DNA of 64,000 nt from Octopus sinensis (Eukaryota), in the NCBI RefSeq assembly GCF_006345805.1, contig NC_043019.1, positions 1,860,001 through 1,924,000 on the forward strand, given 5' to 3'. The notes below the pieces were generated by a model that saw only the letters and a program-made list of their open reading frames with translations, was not told the origin of the DNA and searched no databases. Position numbers and translations under genes: made by a program. The first letter of the stretch is position 1, and each line of letters starts with the position of its first letter. Positions 13,515 to 27,016 of the stretch are shown here, in pieces.

Positions 13515-13771
13515 CTGAGTACACTACGAATATATAAATATATATATATATATATGTATCTGTGTGTGCGTGTGTGTGTGTGTGTCTGTGTGTCTGTGTG
13601 TCTGTGTGTGTGTGTGTCTGTGTGTCTGTGTGTGTGTGATTGTGAGTGTGTGTGTGTGTAAACCTAATAGTTTGCGTAAAAGAGAAAGAAAACTCAATAT
13701 CCCGTTCAATAATAAACCAGTTTTGAAAAATGAAAAATATATAAACTAGATTATCAATGGGATATAAGAGT

Positions 13772-14455
13772 TTACTTTAGCCCCAACCTCATCAGGCTCA
13801 AATAGATTACGGCCTCAAGACAGAGCCTGGCACACATGTAATTCACTGTGTTATTGGGAAAACCTTCCAACACCGCTTTAATCTTTGCCACCACCGTGCC
13901 CTTCATGTTGCAAAAGTACTCCCACTCATAGTAATCCATGAGATTAAAATCAAGGGACTTAGGCGGCCAGAAATTTATGTTATTGAAGCCGCAGAAATTC
14001 TCCGACAATTGCTTATGACACTCTCCGCAGGTATGACCAGGAACTGAAACTGCTGCCAGACGTATGGCTTTCCTGTAGCAACATGCGCCAGCCAAGCCCT
14101 TCTTCAGAGGAATGTGTTGAACAGCGGCGTACGGTCGCGGTCAGCACAACTTCTATGTCCCTTTCTTCGGACCAGGTCTTCGTAGTCTCAGCTGTAGCTG
14201 CTCATCTCATGTTTTACGGACTTTACAGCTATTTTCAGAGCAGTGGGCAGTAGTCATGATTTCGGCATTTTGCTATTCGGTGGTAATCATCAGGGAAGAG
14301 CTAACTTGTTTCCAATATTCAGATGGCCTCCAATCAACCATGACAGCTAACTTTTTCTCGACTAGAAATTTAATCTTTGACGTTTCACATGTAACTCGAA
14401 CTGTTCCTGAAACGAAGAGGCACAAATTATTGTGCAGTTTAGCTCAAACAACATT
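13772..14455 (-). pseudogene. Decayed mariner/Tc1-superfamily transposase (maT/DD37D-like)
   Basis: GKPYVWQQ and WPPKSLDFNLMDYYEW, a degenerate WPxxSPDLNPxDYxxW. Frameshifts and deletions. Confidence 0.7.
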
Positions 14456-14505
<50 letters not shown>

Positions 14506-14507
<2 letters not shown>

Positions 14508-16255
14508 GGAGTTGGACAAAATAATGAAAACACCTTAAAATTTCAAACAAATTTATTTTAGTATGGAGTAGGACCAACTTTGGCAGTAATTACAGCTTGA
14601 ATTGGACACGGACAAACTTTGAATTGCTTTACAAAATAATTTTTGTCCATTCTTCAGCTAAAACAGACTCCAATTCTTTTAGTGATGATGGTAGAGGATA
14701 TCGACTCTTACTTGTTTTTCTAAATTGCACCATAAATGTTCAGACTGTGTGGGCTAGATAAGAATGTTCCTCGTGCCATTCAGTAACAACTTTAGCTATG
14801 TGAATTGGTGCATTATCATTCTGAAAGATTGCGTTTCCCCCCGAAAACAGTTCCGAAACCATAGTATGAATTTGATCAGATAATATGCTTAAATAGTTTT
14901 CACTATAAATCCTGCCATGAAGTGAAACCATTGGACCAGTGGATTTCCAAGATATAGCCCCCCCCCCCAGATCATCACAGATCCTCCTCTATGTTTAACA
15001 GTTGGAAGAAGGCAGTCTAGGTCAAATGCTCCTTTTGGCTCTCTCCACCAGTGTACTCGGCCGGTGGTGAGGAATAAGGTAAATAATGTTCTTCCACTGC
15101 TCTAGGGACCAATTCTGTATGTTTTTACTCCACACTAAACGTTTTGCAACGTTTGTTTTTGAAAGTAGTGGTTTTCTGATTGTAGCCCCCCCCCCCCGTA
15201 AAATCCCGCTTTGTGCATCTCCTGGCGAACAGTTTTAGTGGAAATTGGATTCTCGAGGCAGTCATTAAGCTCTACAGTAACTTCGAGAGCTGTCATTTTG
15301 TGATTCTTTATAACAATTCGCGCAAGAGTCCGACGGTCCCTCTCTGAAAGTTTTGGTTTTCTTCCGGAGTTTTGTTTCGACGAGGATGTTTTGCCCCTTT
15401 TCTCGGGGGCTCTCTTTACTTTCGAGAATGTACTTCTTGATACACCAAACATTTCGGCTGTTTTCGCTACCCTAGCGCCTGCTATACGAGCACCAACTAT
15501 TTTACCTCTTTGAAAGTCCGATAGATCTGTCATTTTAATGAATTGCAATTACCTTTTTCTGATGACATCTGAAAAGAAACAGCAATTTTACAAAACATAT
15601 TAAACAACACTAATAACTAATCAAAAGACATAAAAATAAAGCTTTTTGACGGTTTTATAGATATTTCGAAATTATGATGCTATGATGCAGTGGTTTTCTG
15701 TTTGCGTCCCTCCCGTGAAATTCCGCTTTGTGAAGCTCCTAGCGAAGAGTTTTTGTGGAAACTGGGTTCTCAAGGTGGCCATTAAGCTCTGCAGTAATTT
15801 TGGGAGCTGTACTTTTGTGATCCTTTCTAACAATTTGTGTAAGAGTCCGACGGTTCCTATCAGAAATTTTTGGTTTTCTTCCGGAGTTTTGTTTCGACGA
15901 AATGTTTCTCCCCCTTTCTCAAAGGCTGTCTTTACCTTCGAGACAGTACTTCTTCATATACCAAATATTTCGGCTATTTTCGTTACCCTAGCACCTGCCA
16001 TACGAGCACCAGCTATTTGACGTCTTTGGAAGTGCGATAGATCTGGCATTTTGATGAATTTTTATTACTTGTTTCAGATGGTATCTGAAAAGAAACATCA
16101 CTTTTAGAAAAACATATTAGGCAACACTAATAATATATCAAAAAACATGAAAATAAAAGAAGCTTTTGACATTTTTATAGATACTTCAAAATTATGATGC
16201 AATGAAGCTAGGTGTTTCCATTATTTTCCAAACCCTCTCTCTCTCTCTCTCTCTG
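14506..16255 (-). mobile_element. Tc1-like transposon relic with both TIRs and a duplicated 5' half
   Basis: TIRs c.gg.gttgga.aaaataatg.aaacacct at both ends, flanked by TA. Paired-like HTH plus GRKPKLS (ORF 15135-15548), VMIWG-AISW and FQNDNAPIH motifs. Confidence 0.9.
15135..15548 (-). pseudogene. Tc1 transposase N-terminal DNA-binding domain (truncated by frameshift)
   Basis: MTDLSDFQRGKIVGARIAGARVAKTAEMFGVSRST...GRKPKLSERDRR...STKTVRQEMHKAGFYG. Confidence 0.85.
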
Positions 16256-16271
16256 TATATATATATATATA

Positions 16272-16307
<36 letters not shown>

Positions 16308-16410
16308 ATAAATATATATATATATATATATATTTATGTGTGTGTATGTTTGTGTGTGTATGTATGTATGTACGTACGTATGTAAGTATGTATGTATGTA
16401 TGTATGTATG

Positions 16411-16444
<34 letters not shown>

Positions 16445-16976
16445 TGTATGTATGTATGTATGTATGCATATGTACATATCCAACAAGATGATAGAATGAT
16501 ATACATAAATTCCAATGTGTAGGCCGGTGACGCTTAAAAATCCAACAGGAAAGTATAACGCAGAGTGTTTCTGATATAGCGGTGTTGCCTTGGGTCTCTA
16601 TACGCACAACCGATCCAAGAACAGAGTGTAGAGAAGCTGGAGATAATTGAGAATAATGTATATATCGGTGAGCAAATCAAAACGCCAATGCTTTCGAGTG
16701 AATTCTATTATAACATTTGTGCAGTTTCCAGTTAGCAATGATGTCGCACTTCTATTGCTATCCATTAATGGACACAATGGAAGCCTATAGCCAGCCACAC
16801 TGCCTTATCAAGTACAAGAATAATATTCCGTTTTATAGAAACAAATATTTATCATTTCTTTTGCATTACACTTCATGCTAGATTAATAATCCTTTCTACC
16901 AACAGCACAAGGCCTGAAATTTGTGGGAAGCTGACTAGTCGATTTCATCAAAATATATATATATATGTATGTGTGT

Positions 16977-17055
<79 letters not shown>

Positions 17056-17059
<4 letters not shown>

Positions 17060-17272
17060 CACTTATGAACAAGAGCAAAATAAAAAAATGTTAATGCCAA
17101 ATATGCCGAAACTAGACACATCGTCCATAACCATATAATTCATCACTATAAGCACGTGCTTATAGTTATATAAGCTATAAGTTACGGACTTATAGTTATG
17201 GACGATGTGTCTAGTTTCGGCATATTTTGGCATTAGAAATTTTTTCTTTTGCCCTTGTTTATAAATTGTTTA
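17056..17272. repeat. Foldback element with nested palindromes
   Basis: About 75-bp inverted arms. Inner 22-bp palindrome at 17145-17166 and a hairpin at 17175-17195. Confidence 0.85.
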
Positions 17273-17514
17273 TAAATTTTACCTTTAAAAGTATTTTTTA
17301 ATATGCTGGCCATTGAGAAAAGTTCTTTCGAAAAATATTATCCTATATTATATATATATATATTATGTGTGTCATATTGAATATGATAACGTTAATCTTC
17401 ACGATAAATATAACGACCAGTTTCAATGATTATATACAATTGTATACGTAACCACAATTCTTAAAATACAATTCTTAAAATACAACACCCGAAGTAATAC
17501 TTATAATGTATACC

Positions 17515-17740
17515 TATTTCTTTATTACCCACAAGGGGCTAAACACAGAGGGGACAAACAAGGACAGACATAGGTATTAAGTAGATTACATCGACCCCAG
17601 TGCGTAACTGGTACTTAATTTATCGACCCCGAAACGATGAAAGGCAAAGTCGACCTCGGCGGAATTCGAACTCACAACGTAACGCAGACGAAATACCGCT
17701 AAGCATTTCGCCCAGCGTGCTAACGTTTCTGCCAGCTCGC
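17515..17740 (-). mobile_element. SINE family B, full-length monomer with 15-bp TSD
   Basis: TSD CTTATAATGTATACC at 17500-17514 and 17741-17755. Head ggcgagctggcagaaacgttagc, B box gagttcgaattcc. Confidence 0.95.
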
Positions 17741-18229
17741 CTTATAATGTATACCACCGGATCTGTCCACTACTCGATTGATATTTCAATCAAACTTTTA
17801 TCGATTATGGTAACCTCCATAAGTTATGTATCCTTTTGTATTAAATTCAAATTTAATCGATACGTACAAGGCTTTGAAGGTCACGGCAGATTAAACCGTT
17901 GTTAAATGCATTTACAATCAATACGATTACTTGGGGACTAGAAAATAATTGAAAGAATCGATTAGAATTTTAAATAATCCATTAAAATTTGAAAAATAAT
18001 CGAAATCGTCTCAAAGAAAAGGCCTTGGCGTTAATGAAAATTCTCGTTAAATATGAGAAGGGATAGAACACCCAATTGATTACAGACTTCATAAAGACTT
18101 TCAATGGGACTTATCTGTTTATCTGATTAGCTATCTCTTGAAATTATACTGATGTTAGCTGCTCATGGAAACAGCCTACACTCAGCCGATTTCTAAATAC
18201 GACAGGGTTCATTCCTCATGACATCGAAA

Positions 18230-18535
18230 GTTCTGGAGCAAATCAGACTAAAAGCATCTTGACAGGAAGATTTTCTCAATGGCAGAACTTGATTCCTATC
18301 TCGGTTTGTCTATTCAGGTACCAATTTGCAATCCACCGATTGGTCGCAGTGAAGGCGCGTACCCATCAGCAATCAGTACTTGATGCAGAAGGGTGCTAAC
18401 CAGCTTGATCTTTTTTGTGTCCGATATCATGAAGATTACATCATCCATACATGAAGTCACAAATTTCTTGCTTCCCAAATCATGTGGAATGTACTTCAAA
18501 ACCTCAAAATTATGTAGTAAAGTTCCCGGTGTCAT
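18230..18535 (-). pseudogene. L1/Tx1-like reverse transcriptase fragment
   Basis: VTSCMDDVIFMISD (YxDD-like domain 5) followed by GLQIGT. Stop codons present. Confidence 0.5.
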
Positions 18536-19160
18536 AAGAGAAAAGAGATGTAAATAAGCCGAGTGTGGAGTACGAAAAACATAACTCTTTATTTAAAAAA
18601 AACTAACAGATCCCGCTTTACAAATCAGTAAACCAATCTCTGAAGAAATATGCAAAACCAGCTGTTCTAATGATACAACACGCTCCCCACCCCTAGATAC
18701 AAGAAACGGATTCTATAGATTTTATACATACGACTACATGTTCTTCAATTATAATACACTAAATTTTAATCCTAAGACGTTTGCCAGCTGTTACTAAGCG
18801 GCCAGACAACGGGGAAGATATTTCTCCGTAGCTCCGTTTTTATGGTTTAGTTAGTGGTGAAAATGCAACGCTCATGACTCTTTACAGAGCTACGCAGAAT
18901 GTCAGAAGGTAAGGGAATGAAAACGAATGGCTGCGAAATAGTAAACTGCTCTGAAATAATCTAAAGACAAGATGGTAGTGTTTAAACAAGTGACCCGTGC
19001 TCAATGGTCCAAACTAGATTGATTTATGGATAGATATAGATATATAGTGGTGAGAATCTATATAGATAGGGAGCCATGCATGTATATGTATATATTCACA
19101 CACACATACACACACATGCGCACACCCCCATAAATATACATGCATGTATATATATATATA

Positions 19161-19311
19161 TCACATTTTTTCTCTCCATGTTTTTCTGTGTCCCTTTCTG
19201 TAGAAGAGCGTAGGCTCGAAACGTAAAAGACTTTTCTATTCCTGAGCGTTATACTAATACATCTGTTTGTTTTGTACACCACCTGTCTCAGTCTTTTGTA
19301 TTTTTCGTGAA

Positions 19312-19312
<1 letters not shown>
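19161..19312 (+). mobile_element. Hammerhead-bearing repeat H1, best-preserved copy (motif 19194-19229)
   Basis: CUUU-CUGUAGA-A-GAGC-GUAG-GCUC-GAA-ACGU-A-AAAG, between (TA)n and (CT)n(TA)n. Confidence 0.8.
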
Positions 19313-19359
<47 letters not shown>

Positions 19360-20133
19360 CACCAGCTGAGTTTGTATTGACTGGGTCATATGTCATGCAA
19401 GTAGTTTCTAGCGACAAGCTATATTTGCATATGCACACACATGTATGTTTGGTTTGTGCATGACAGAGAATATGTGTGTGTCTGTGAGCGTGTGTGTGTT
19501 CCTGTGTGTGTATTTCAATCAAATTTAGTTATTTAGCCAGGGAACATGTACAGGCTATTTAAAGTGTATGGGATTTAAGCCCTATATGCTATTCAGTCGG
19601 ATGCACCTTCTCCATCATCTCATCTTCTGAAAGGATTTTGTACCTTGTTGATTAGTACCAGATCCACTTAGCCGAATACTTTCATGATGAGAGATGTTCC
19701 AGCCTCGGCTATTTTGACTTTTGTTTAATGTAGCATAAATGGGGCTGCATTATGAAATGAGATTCTGCCTTTTTGTGAATATTACTATGGTTTGTTGAAG
19801 AATTCTCTACTTGTAGCGGGTAGGCACCCTTGTTTATCATTTGTTTTTGCATTATTATGAGGTGACAGACTTAAGGCTGACATAAGTCGTCACAAAACTT
19901 AGGGTCATCGTATGGAACAATTTTAATCATTTGAATTGATCGTAAATGCAACGGAAAAACAATTCAACAGAGAATTTGAATCTTGAAGGCGGTGCCACAA
20001 AATAAATGCTATGCAGTATATAGTTACATCATTTTACAGTCTCATTTCATAATTTGAACTGAAAATATAAGAAAATTTTGCCTCGTGATCAATTAAATTA
20101 ATTATCAGTCAGTTGTTGTTTCCATCTAAGACA

Positions 20134-20527
20134 TACTTGTACTTACTTGTACTTGTGGCGACATTCACCCTGGGTGGGTTGAGTTGGCTTCTCGAACCAT
20201 GGCAGCCCACGCATGACGGTCCTGCGCCAGTTCACTGGTGATAGCGAGCCAGTCGCTGTTCCATTGGCGCACGCCGACAACCTGCGGACCCGTGAGCACG
20301 GAGAGGTCCTCCTTGATCGTCGTAACCCAGGTCTTCAGCTGCCCGCCCGCGCGTTTCCGCCAGTTGGGAAGTGGAGTTAGGAGAAGGACATCACGGCTCA
20401 GTTCACCCACCGGACGCCTACATGCATGGCCAAACCACCGAAAGTGCTGTTGCAGAAGGACAGATTGAAGGGGCCGCAGAGACAGGCGAAGTCGGAGATT
20501 GACGGTGGGAACTCGATCATGTCTGAT
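20134..20527 (-). mobile_element. RTE-clade LINE 3' end, 5'-truncated
   Basis: FRWFGHACRRP, WRKRAGGQLKTW..TIKEDL and LAQDRHAW motifs; short caagta(agta) repeat tail; GC-rich. Confidence 0.85.
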
Positions 20528-21491
20528 AAAGGTAAGATAAAATAGATTCAACTCTTGACCTTCACATTTTATTTTCAAGGATTCATTGCCCCATGCATCC
20601 TACAAATTTTATGATGGTTGTGTGTTTAATTCAGTGAGATCGATCCGATATTTCTGGTAGTTGTTGCACCCGAGGCACACCTCCCACCCCGCGTTATCAA
20701 ATCGTGGGATAGATATCAGCGACTGCACCACCCTTGTTCACCCGTGTGACCTTGCGTCTGTGTTTGAAAACATTACATTATTTAGATAAGAGAGAGAATA
20801 TGCTGTATCAAAATAATCAATCGCAAATAAATCACATACTAAATATCAATTTCTTACATATCAACGAATGTATAGATTTCACTCAACGCGATATTTGTTT
20901 CCTTAACACACGGAATTGCAGAGAAAAAAATGGTTAGCAACACAAACTCCAATTTCAAGCTCTTAATGATAAATTATTTTCTCCATCACCAATAAAATTC
21001 AAAGTTACCAATCCATTTACAAATATATACGGAGAAACATAAAAAAAAATATTTCACTCGGATGAAAGGTTATCTTGAAAAATATAGCAAAGTCACATCG
21101 AAATAACCTGACTGCTATTATTCATTTAAATCTATTGTTAGATATAATATCTTGAATGAAATATGTGTTTGCTGTATCACTGCGTGACGCTTCATGTCTT
21201 ATGATTTAATAATCTTTAAGATTCGAGACCGTAAATCATAGCTATTGAAACTGCAGTCATCAGTCACTGGAATAAAACTGTGGCTTATTTTGACACATAT
21301 ACGAAACATGCTTACAATCAGAAATATTTTTTTCTGGCAAAGTATACGTTAGTTGATACAACTGAGATGACCTATGTAGGATCATCCTACGATAGAAGTT
21401 GCCGGACATTAATGCGAAATGACTTGTCAGAAGAAAAAAAACGATCAAGAAGCTAATGTTGGTATACATATATGTGTGTGTGTGTGTATGC

Positions 21492-21535
<44 letters not shown>

Positions 21536-21731
21536 ATATATATATATATATTATATGTATGTATGTTATATGTATTTATATATATATATGTTTTATAATA
21601 TATAAGAATAACATATATATATATATATATATATGTCTTATTATATATAAGAATAACATATATATATATATATATATATATATTCCAACATTAGCTTCTT
21701 CATAGTCGTTTTCTGACAAGAATATTTCAAG

Positions 21732-21782
<51 letters not shown>

Positions 21783-21899
21783 TGAGTGAGTGTGTGTTTC
21801 TATGTACGTCTGTGTATGTATGTGATTGTCTGTCTATGTCTGTGTGTACCTTCATTAGCTTCTTGAGAGGTTTTGCTGAAAATTTATATCATATTAATG

Positions 21900-21943
<44 letters not shown>

Positions 21944-21982
21944 TATTATATATATATATTCCTTGCAAACCAATTCCAAAAC

Positions 21983-22019
<37 letters not shown>

Positions 22020-22021
<2 letters not shown>

Positions 22022-22275
22022 GGGTAATTCAAAAAGTATGAACCGATATCATTACGCAAATATTTAATATGGAAAACCAGCAGGGAACTCCAGCTAAGTC
22101 GCAAGTATTTACTCACAATCAACTTTTATTTCTTGTCTTACAAGTATTCAATGTGACGGCCAACTACAGCAAAATCAATGCGATAAGAGAATCCCTCTCT
22201 GATGCGTATAAGCATATCACGGGCCACTGTGTTGATCGCTGTTGTTATTCAATGTCAAAGGTCATCGAGCTTAGT
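22020..22275 (-). mobile_element. Tc1/mariner-type transposon end: TIR plus transposase C-terminus
   Basis: TA-AGGGTAATTCAAAAAGTATGAACCG terminus. Minus strand reads LPTKLDDL..ITTAINTVARDMLIRI...YRID...GRHIEYL*. Confidence 0.6.
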
Positions 22276-22296
22276 GGGTAGCGGTGGAACATCCAG

Positions 22297-22414
22297 TCAC
22301 AAGTCTTTGGTCGGCCCGAGGCTATAGTACAAGACAATTACTCAAGGTGCTACACAGTGAGGCTGAACCCGGAACCATGTAGTTGGTAAGCAAGCTACTT
22401 ACCACACCGCCACG

Positions 22415-22415
<1 letters not shown>
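22297..22415 (-). mobile_element. SINE family A head fragment
   Basis: Reverse complement of the A head. Confidence 0.8.
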
Positions 22416-22439
<24 letters not shown>

Positions 22440-22446
<7 letters not shown>

Positions 22447-22585
22447 GTTACATTTACTCAATAGTCAAGATAAAACTCTGAGTTTCAGATGCCGAAGTGG
22501 AAATCCACAACACCATCTCTTCGGTTATCTGGCCATCTGAAACTCAGAGTTTTATCGTGACTATTGAGTAAATGTAACATATTAT
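22440..22585. repeat. Foldback hairpin, about 52-bp arms with 1 mismatch
   Basis: ataatatgttacatttactcaatagtcaagataaaactctgagtttcagatg / catctgaaactcagagttttatcgtgactattgagtaaatgtaacatattat. Confidence 0.9.
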
Positions 22586-22680
22586 TTTATAGATAAATTT
22601 CCTCTATTTACATAATATTGAGGTCTCTTTCTTTCTTTTGTTATCTTACCCTTTTTACCAATATATATATATATATATAT

Positions 22681-22818
22681 GACGGCTTCCTGTCAGTTTC
22701 CGTGAACCTAATCAGACCGGGTTATTATAGGAGGCCCTCGCCCAAGGTACTACGCAGTGGGACTGAACCTGGAAGAATACCGTTGAGAAGAGAACTTCTT
22801 ACCACACGGCCACGCCTA
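22681..22818 (-). mobile_element. SINE family A head module, old
   Basis: Degenerate match; ends in (TA)n. Confidence 0.65.
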
Positions 22819-23456
22819 TGCACAAGCACAAACACTCACACATACACACACATACACACACTCACACACACAAATGCATATAAGATATGATAAGGCATAT
22901 CCTGTCAGACTTGAACTGGAGGCTTTCCTGAAATGCGTTAACGACATACAACGGTTTGGTGTAATGTTGTTTGAAAAATTCAATAAATTTTACATACTTC
23001 GTGTTTTTACTTCTTCTCTTTTCGCAAACAGGGATGGGTAATTTAATAATAAATATTTATCATTTGCTTGTTACCGTTATACAATGTATATTAATATTTT
23101 CTCGACAATCATTGTATATCGAACACATTTTAAATGTTACCTCTTAAACAACTTAGAAATGAGAGCCTACTATACTTCACATATTTGTTTTTCCATCAGA
23201 CGATGTATTTACTTCTTACCAATCTAGTGTGTTTTGTATTCTATTTCTAAATCCAATATTCGTTGCATAACTAGAAATATATTTTCATTTTATTAGCATA
23301 AAATAGATATCATTCCATTGAATTTTGATTTGCAACAATGCTCAAAATGGTTGGCAGTTTCCTATAATCTTGACATATTCAGAATGTCATAATTTCCTCT
23401 TTCTCATATTAAGCACATATGGAAATTTCACTACCCCTACTAGGAAAAGCTGAATT

Positions 23457-23497
23457 TAATAATAATCATAATAATAATAATAATCATCATAATAATG

Positions 23498-23536
<39 letters not shown>

Positions 23537-23556
23537 CTAATAATAATATGATGATG

Positions 23557-23594
<38 letters not shown>

Positions 23595-23635
23595 TAATAA
23601 TAATAATAATGCTAATAATAATAATGATGATGATG

Positions 23636-23680
<45 letters not shown>

Positions 23681-23758
23681 GTAATAATGGTAATAATATA
23701 ATAATAATAGTAATAATAATAATAATAATAATAATATGATAATAATAACAATAATAAC

Positions 23759-23818
<60 letters not shown>

Positions 23819-23830
23819 TAATAATAATAA
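23457..23830. repeat. (TAA)n microsatellite with CAT/GAT/CAA interruptions
   Basis: Direct reading. Confidence 0.95.
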
Positions 23831-23837
23831 AATACTC

Positions 23838-24181
23838 TGATGCTGTACCAGGCAGTGTTTCTCATGGCTGGCTTCTGGTCTTGATTGATTGGAAGTGTTA
23901 TCAAGTATATTGTTTTGTGTTGGTATAAAAGATGAGCTACAGCAAATATTCTGATCATTACCACAGATTTGCTTGTCAGCTGCTTGACCGTAACCAGTTG
24001 AGCATGTCCTTTATTTGCTAACGATATGTGCATCTCTGATCACCAGCAGAAATAATGGGGGAGCATCATGGCCATGTGTTGAGAGGCCCAATTCTTTGGG
24101 GTTTGGATAATTCACCTTTGGAAACATGGGTGTTTTGTTCATCATCTTTAAACGACTCTTATTTAGGGACCTTTTGAGCGG
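23838..24181. mobile_element. Unclassified non-coding interspersed repeat F, partial, abutting (TAA)n
   Basis: Clearly homologous to 24975-25455. Confidence 0.7.
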
Positions 24182-24194
24182 GAAAAAATTTGAA

Positions 24195-24689
24195 TGAGAG
24201 GGTCTAGTCAATTACATAGAACCCAGTGCCCAAATAGACACTTATTTTATCGACCCTGCAAGGATGAGAGGCAGAGTCGACCACGGCGGAATTTGAATTC
24301 ATATCCTAAAGAGGGACGAAATACCGCTAAACATTTAGTCTGGTGTGCTAACAATTCTATCAGCTCACCGCCTTCTATAATATTCCTTTCAAATATAGTT
24401 ACAAGGTCTGGAATGATGGGCAGGGCGATAGTTGATTACATTGACCCCAGTGCGTAACTGGTACTTATTTTATCGACCCCGAAAGATTAAAAGACAAAGT
24501 CGACCTCGGCATAATTTAAACTCAAAACGTAGCGGCAGACGAAATACCGGCGTGCTAACGATTCTGCCTGATCGCCACCTTAAATTGTTTCAAATTTTTC
24601 TGCAGGGCAACACTTTTGTGGGAGTAAATGGGTCGATCACACCGATGCCAGTGTTAAACTGGTACTTATTTTTTCGACCCCGACTTCTA

Positions 24690-24750
<61 letters not shown>

Positions 24751-24945
24751 AAGAAGAAGAAGAAGAATCTTTGCTACTAAATGTACAAAGCCTTAAATTT
24801 CACTGGTATTTAATTTATCGACCCCGAAGGGATGAAAGGCAAAGTCGACCTCGGCATAATTTGAACTCAGAACGTAGCGGCAGACGAATTACTGCTACAC
24901 ATTTCCCCAGGCGTGCTAGCGATTGTGCCAGCTCACCGCCTTCTA
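24195..24945 (-). mobile_element. Cluster of four diverged SINE B copies in the same orientation
   Basis: Cores at about 24195-24373, 24410-24580, 24600-24685 and 24770-24945; (CTA)n(GAA)n at 24690-24768. Confidence 0.85.
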
Positions 24946-24974
24946 TAATAACAATAATAAAATAACAATTATGA

Positions 24975-25612
<638 letters not shown>

Positions 25613-25869
25613 CACACACACACTAGTTTAGTTTAAATATCGTCAGACTCTAATGGTGGAGAGCACATAAGCTTTCTTGACACCGGAAGGAGAAATGCGT
25701 TTGAGGTTTAGCTAGGGTGAGTTATCTCCCTTAGGCCAATTCCGATGGCAAATCTTATGGTCTTAAGGGATGAACAAGGAATCTCTGCTCTTCGGTATTT
25801 TCCAGTTTGTTAAGACTGTGTTTATGTGTATAAAGCAACCCTTCGCCATATTGATGGTCACCTATCGCA

Positions 25870-26972
25870 CACTCAGTACATCGCAGATTTTTCTGGCTAT
25901 TATATATAAATTTATATCGCGGACTCCTCAGTATGTCGCAGGTTTCTGCGGCCGATAGGTATTTAAATTACTTTTTGGTGGGGTTTTAACTATTTCCATT
26001 AGAGGTTTTGGAACGTAACGTCCGTGACAGTCGGGGGAACTATTAAATATGCATATGTTTGTGTATTTGTGTGTGTGTCTCTGAGTGTCTGTGTGTCTGT
26101 GTGCGTCTGTGAATGTGTGTGTCTACAGATAGACATATAATATAGATAGATAGATACGAAATGAAAAACAAAGTAGTAGTTCAAGACTTGTTAAATAGTT
26201 TAACCCTTTACTTTTATCCGCTTTCTTTGAAGAACAAAGAAATATTCCATTCAATACGAAATTTGAAGAAAATCAACCACTTCCTACCACCTCCAGGACA
26301 CGCCCTTCCTCTCTTTTACCTTTAATTTATTTTTCAACTTGAGCCACACAGTAAAATCGTTAAATAATTCTATATGCTTTTCCAACAACAATTGACTTGA
26401 ACACAATCAATCAACTTTAAGAATGCCTAGTTCCAAGTTTACCAAAATATTTGCAGTTGTTTATTTTAATTACTTGTCTACATTTTTTTCTTTTTTGCAT
26501 TTATATTACAATGGTGAACAAACAAAGCAAAACTCCAATGTTTGCCTATAGACAATAATGGTTTGGCGTATAATCAGTACATTAATCTTTCTATTTTAAT
26601 TATAGCTGTCTGCAGAATCAACTTAATGTTCGTTATATTGGTGTTATTATTTGCTAGCGTACGATTTCTTATTTAAAAAAAAATTTTTTTCATTTATCAC
26701 GTCCCGTATGGAGACATCAAAGAATTCTCTTTTACAACTTATTAGAATCCGATTAACGCCCAACTGCTCCTGCATGTCCATATATGCAAATATATACATA
26801 CATACATTCATACATAATAATAATATATATATATATATATATATAATATATATATATATGGTGTAACATATATATATATATACATATATATACTATATAT
26901 ACATGCATATATTAATATATATATGTATATAGATTCTATATATAATATATATATACATGTATATGTGTAAAA

Positions 26973-27016
<44 letters not shown>

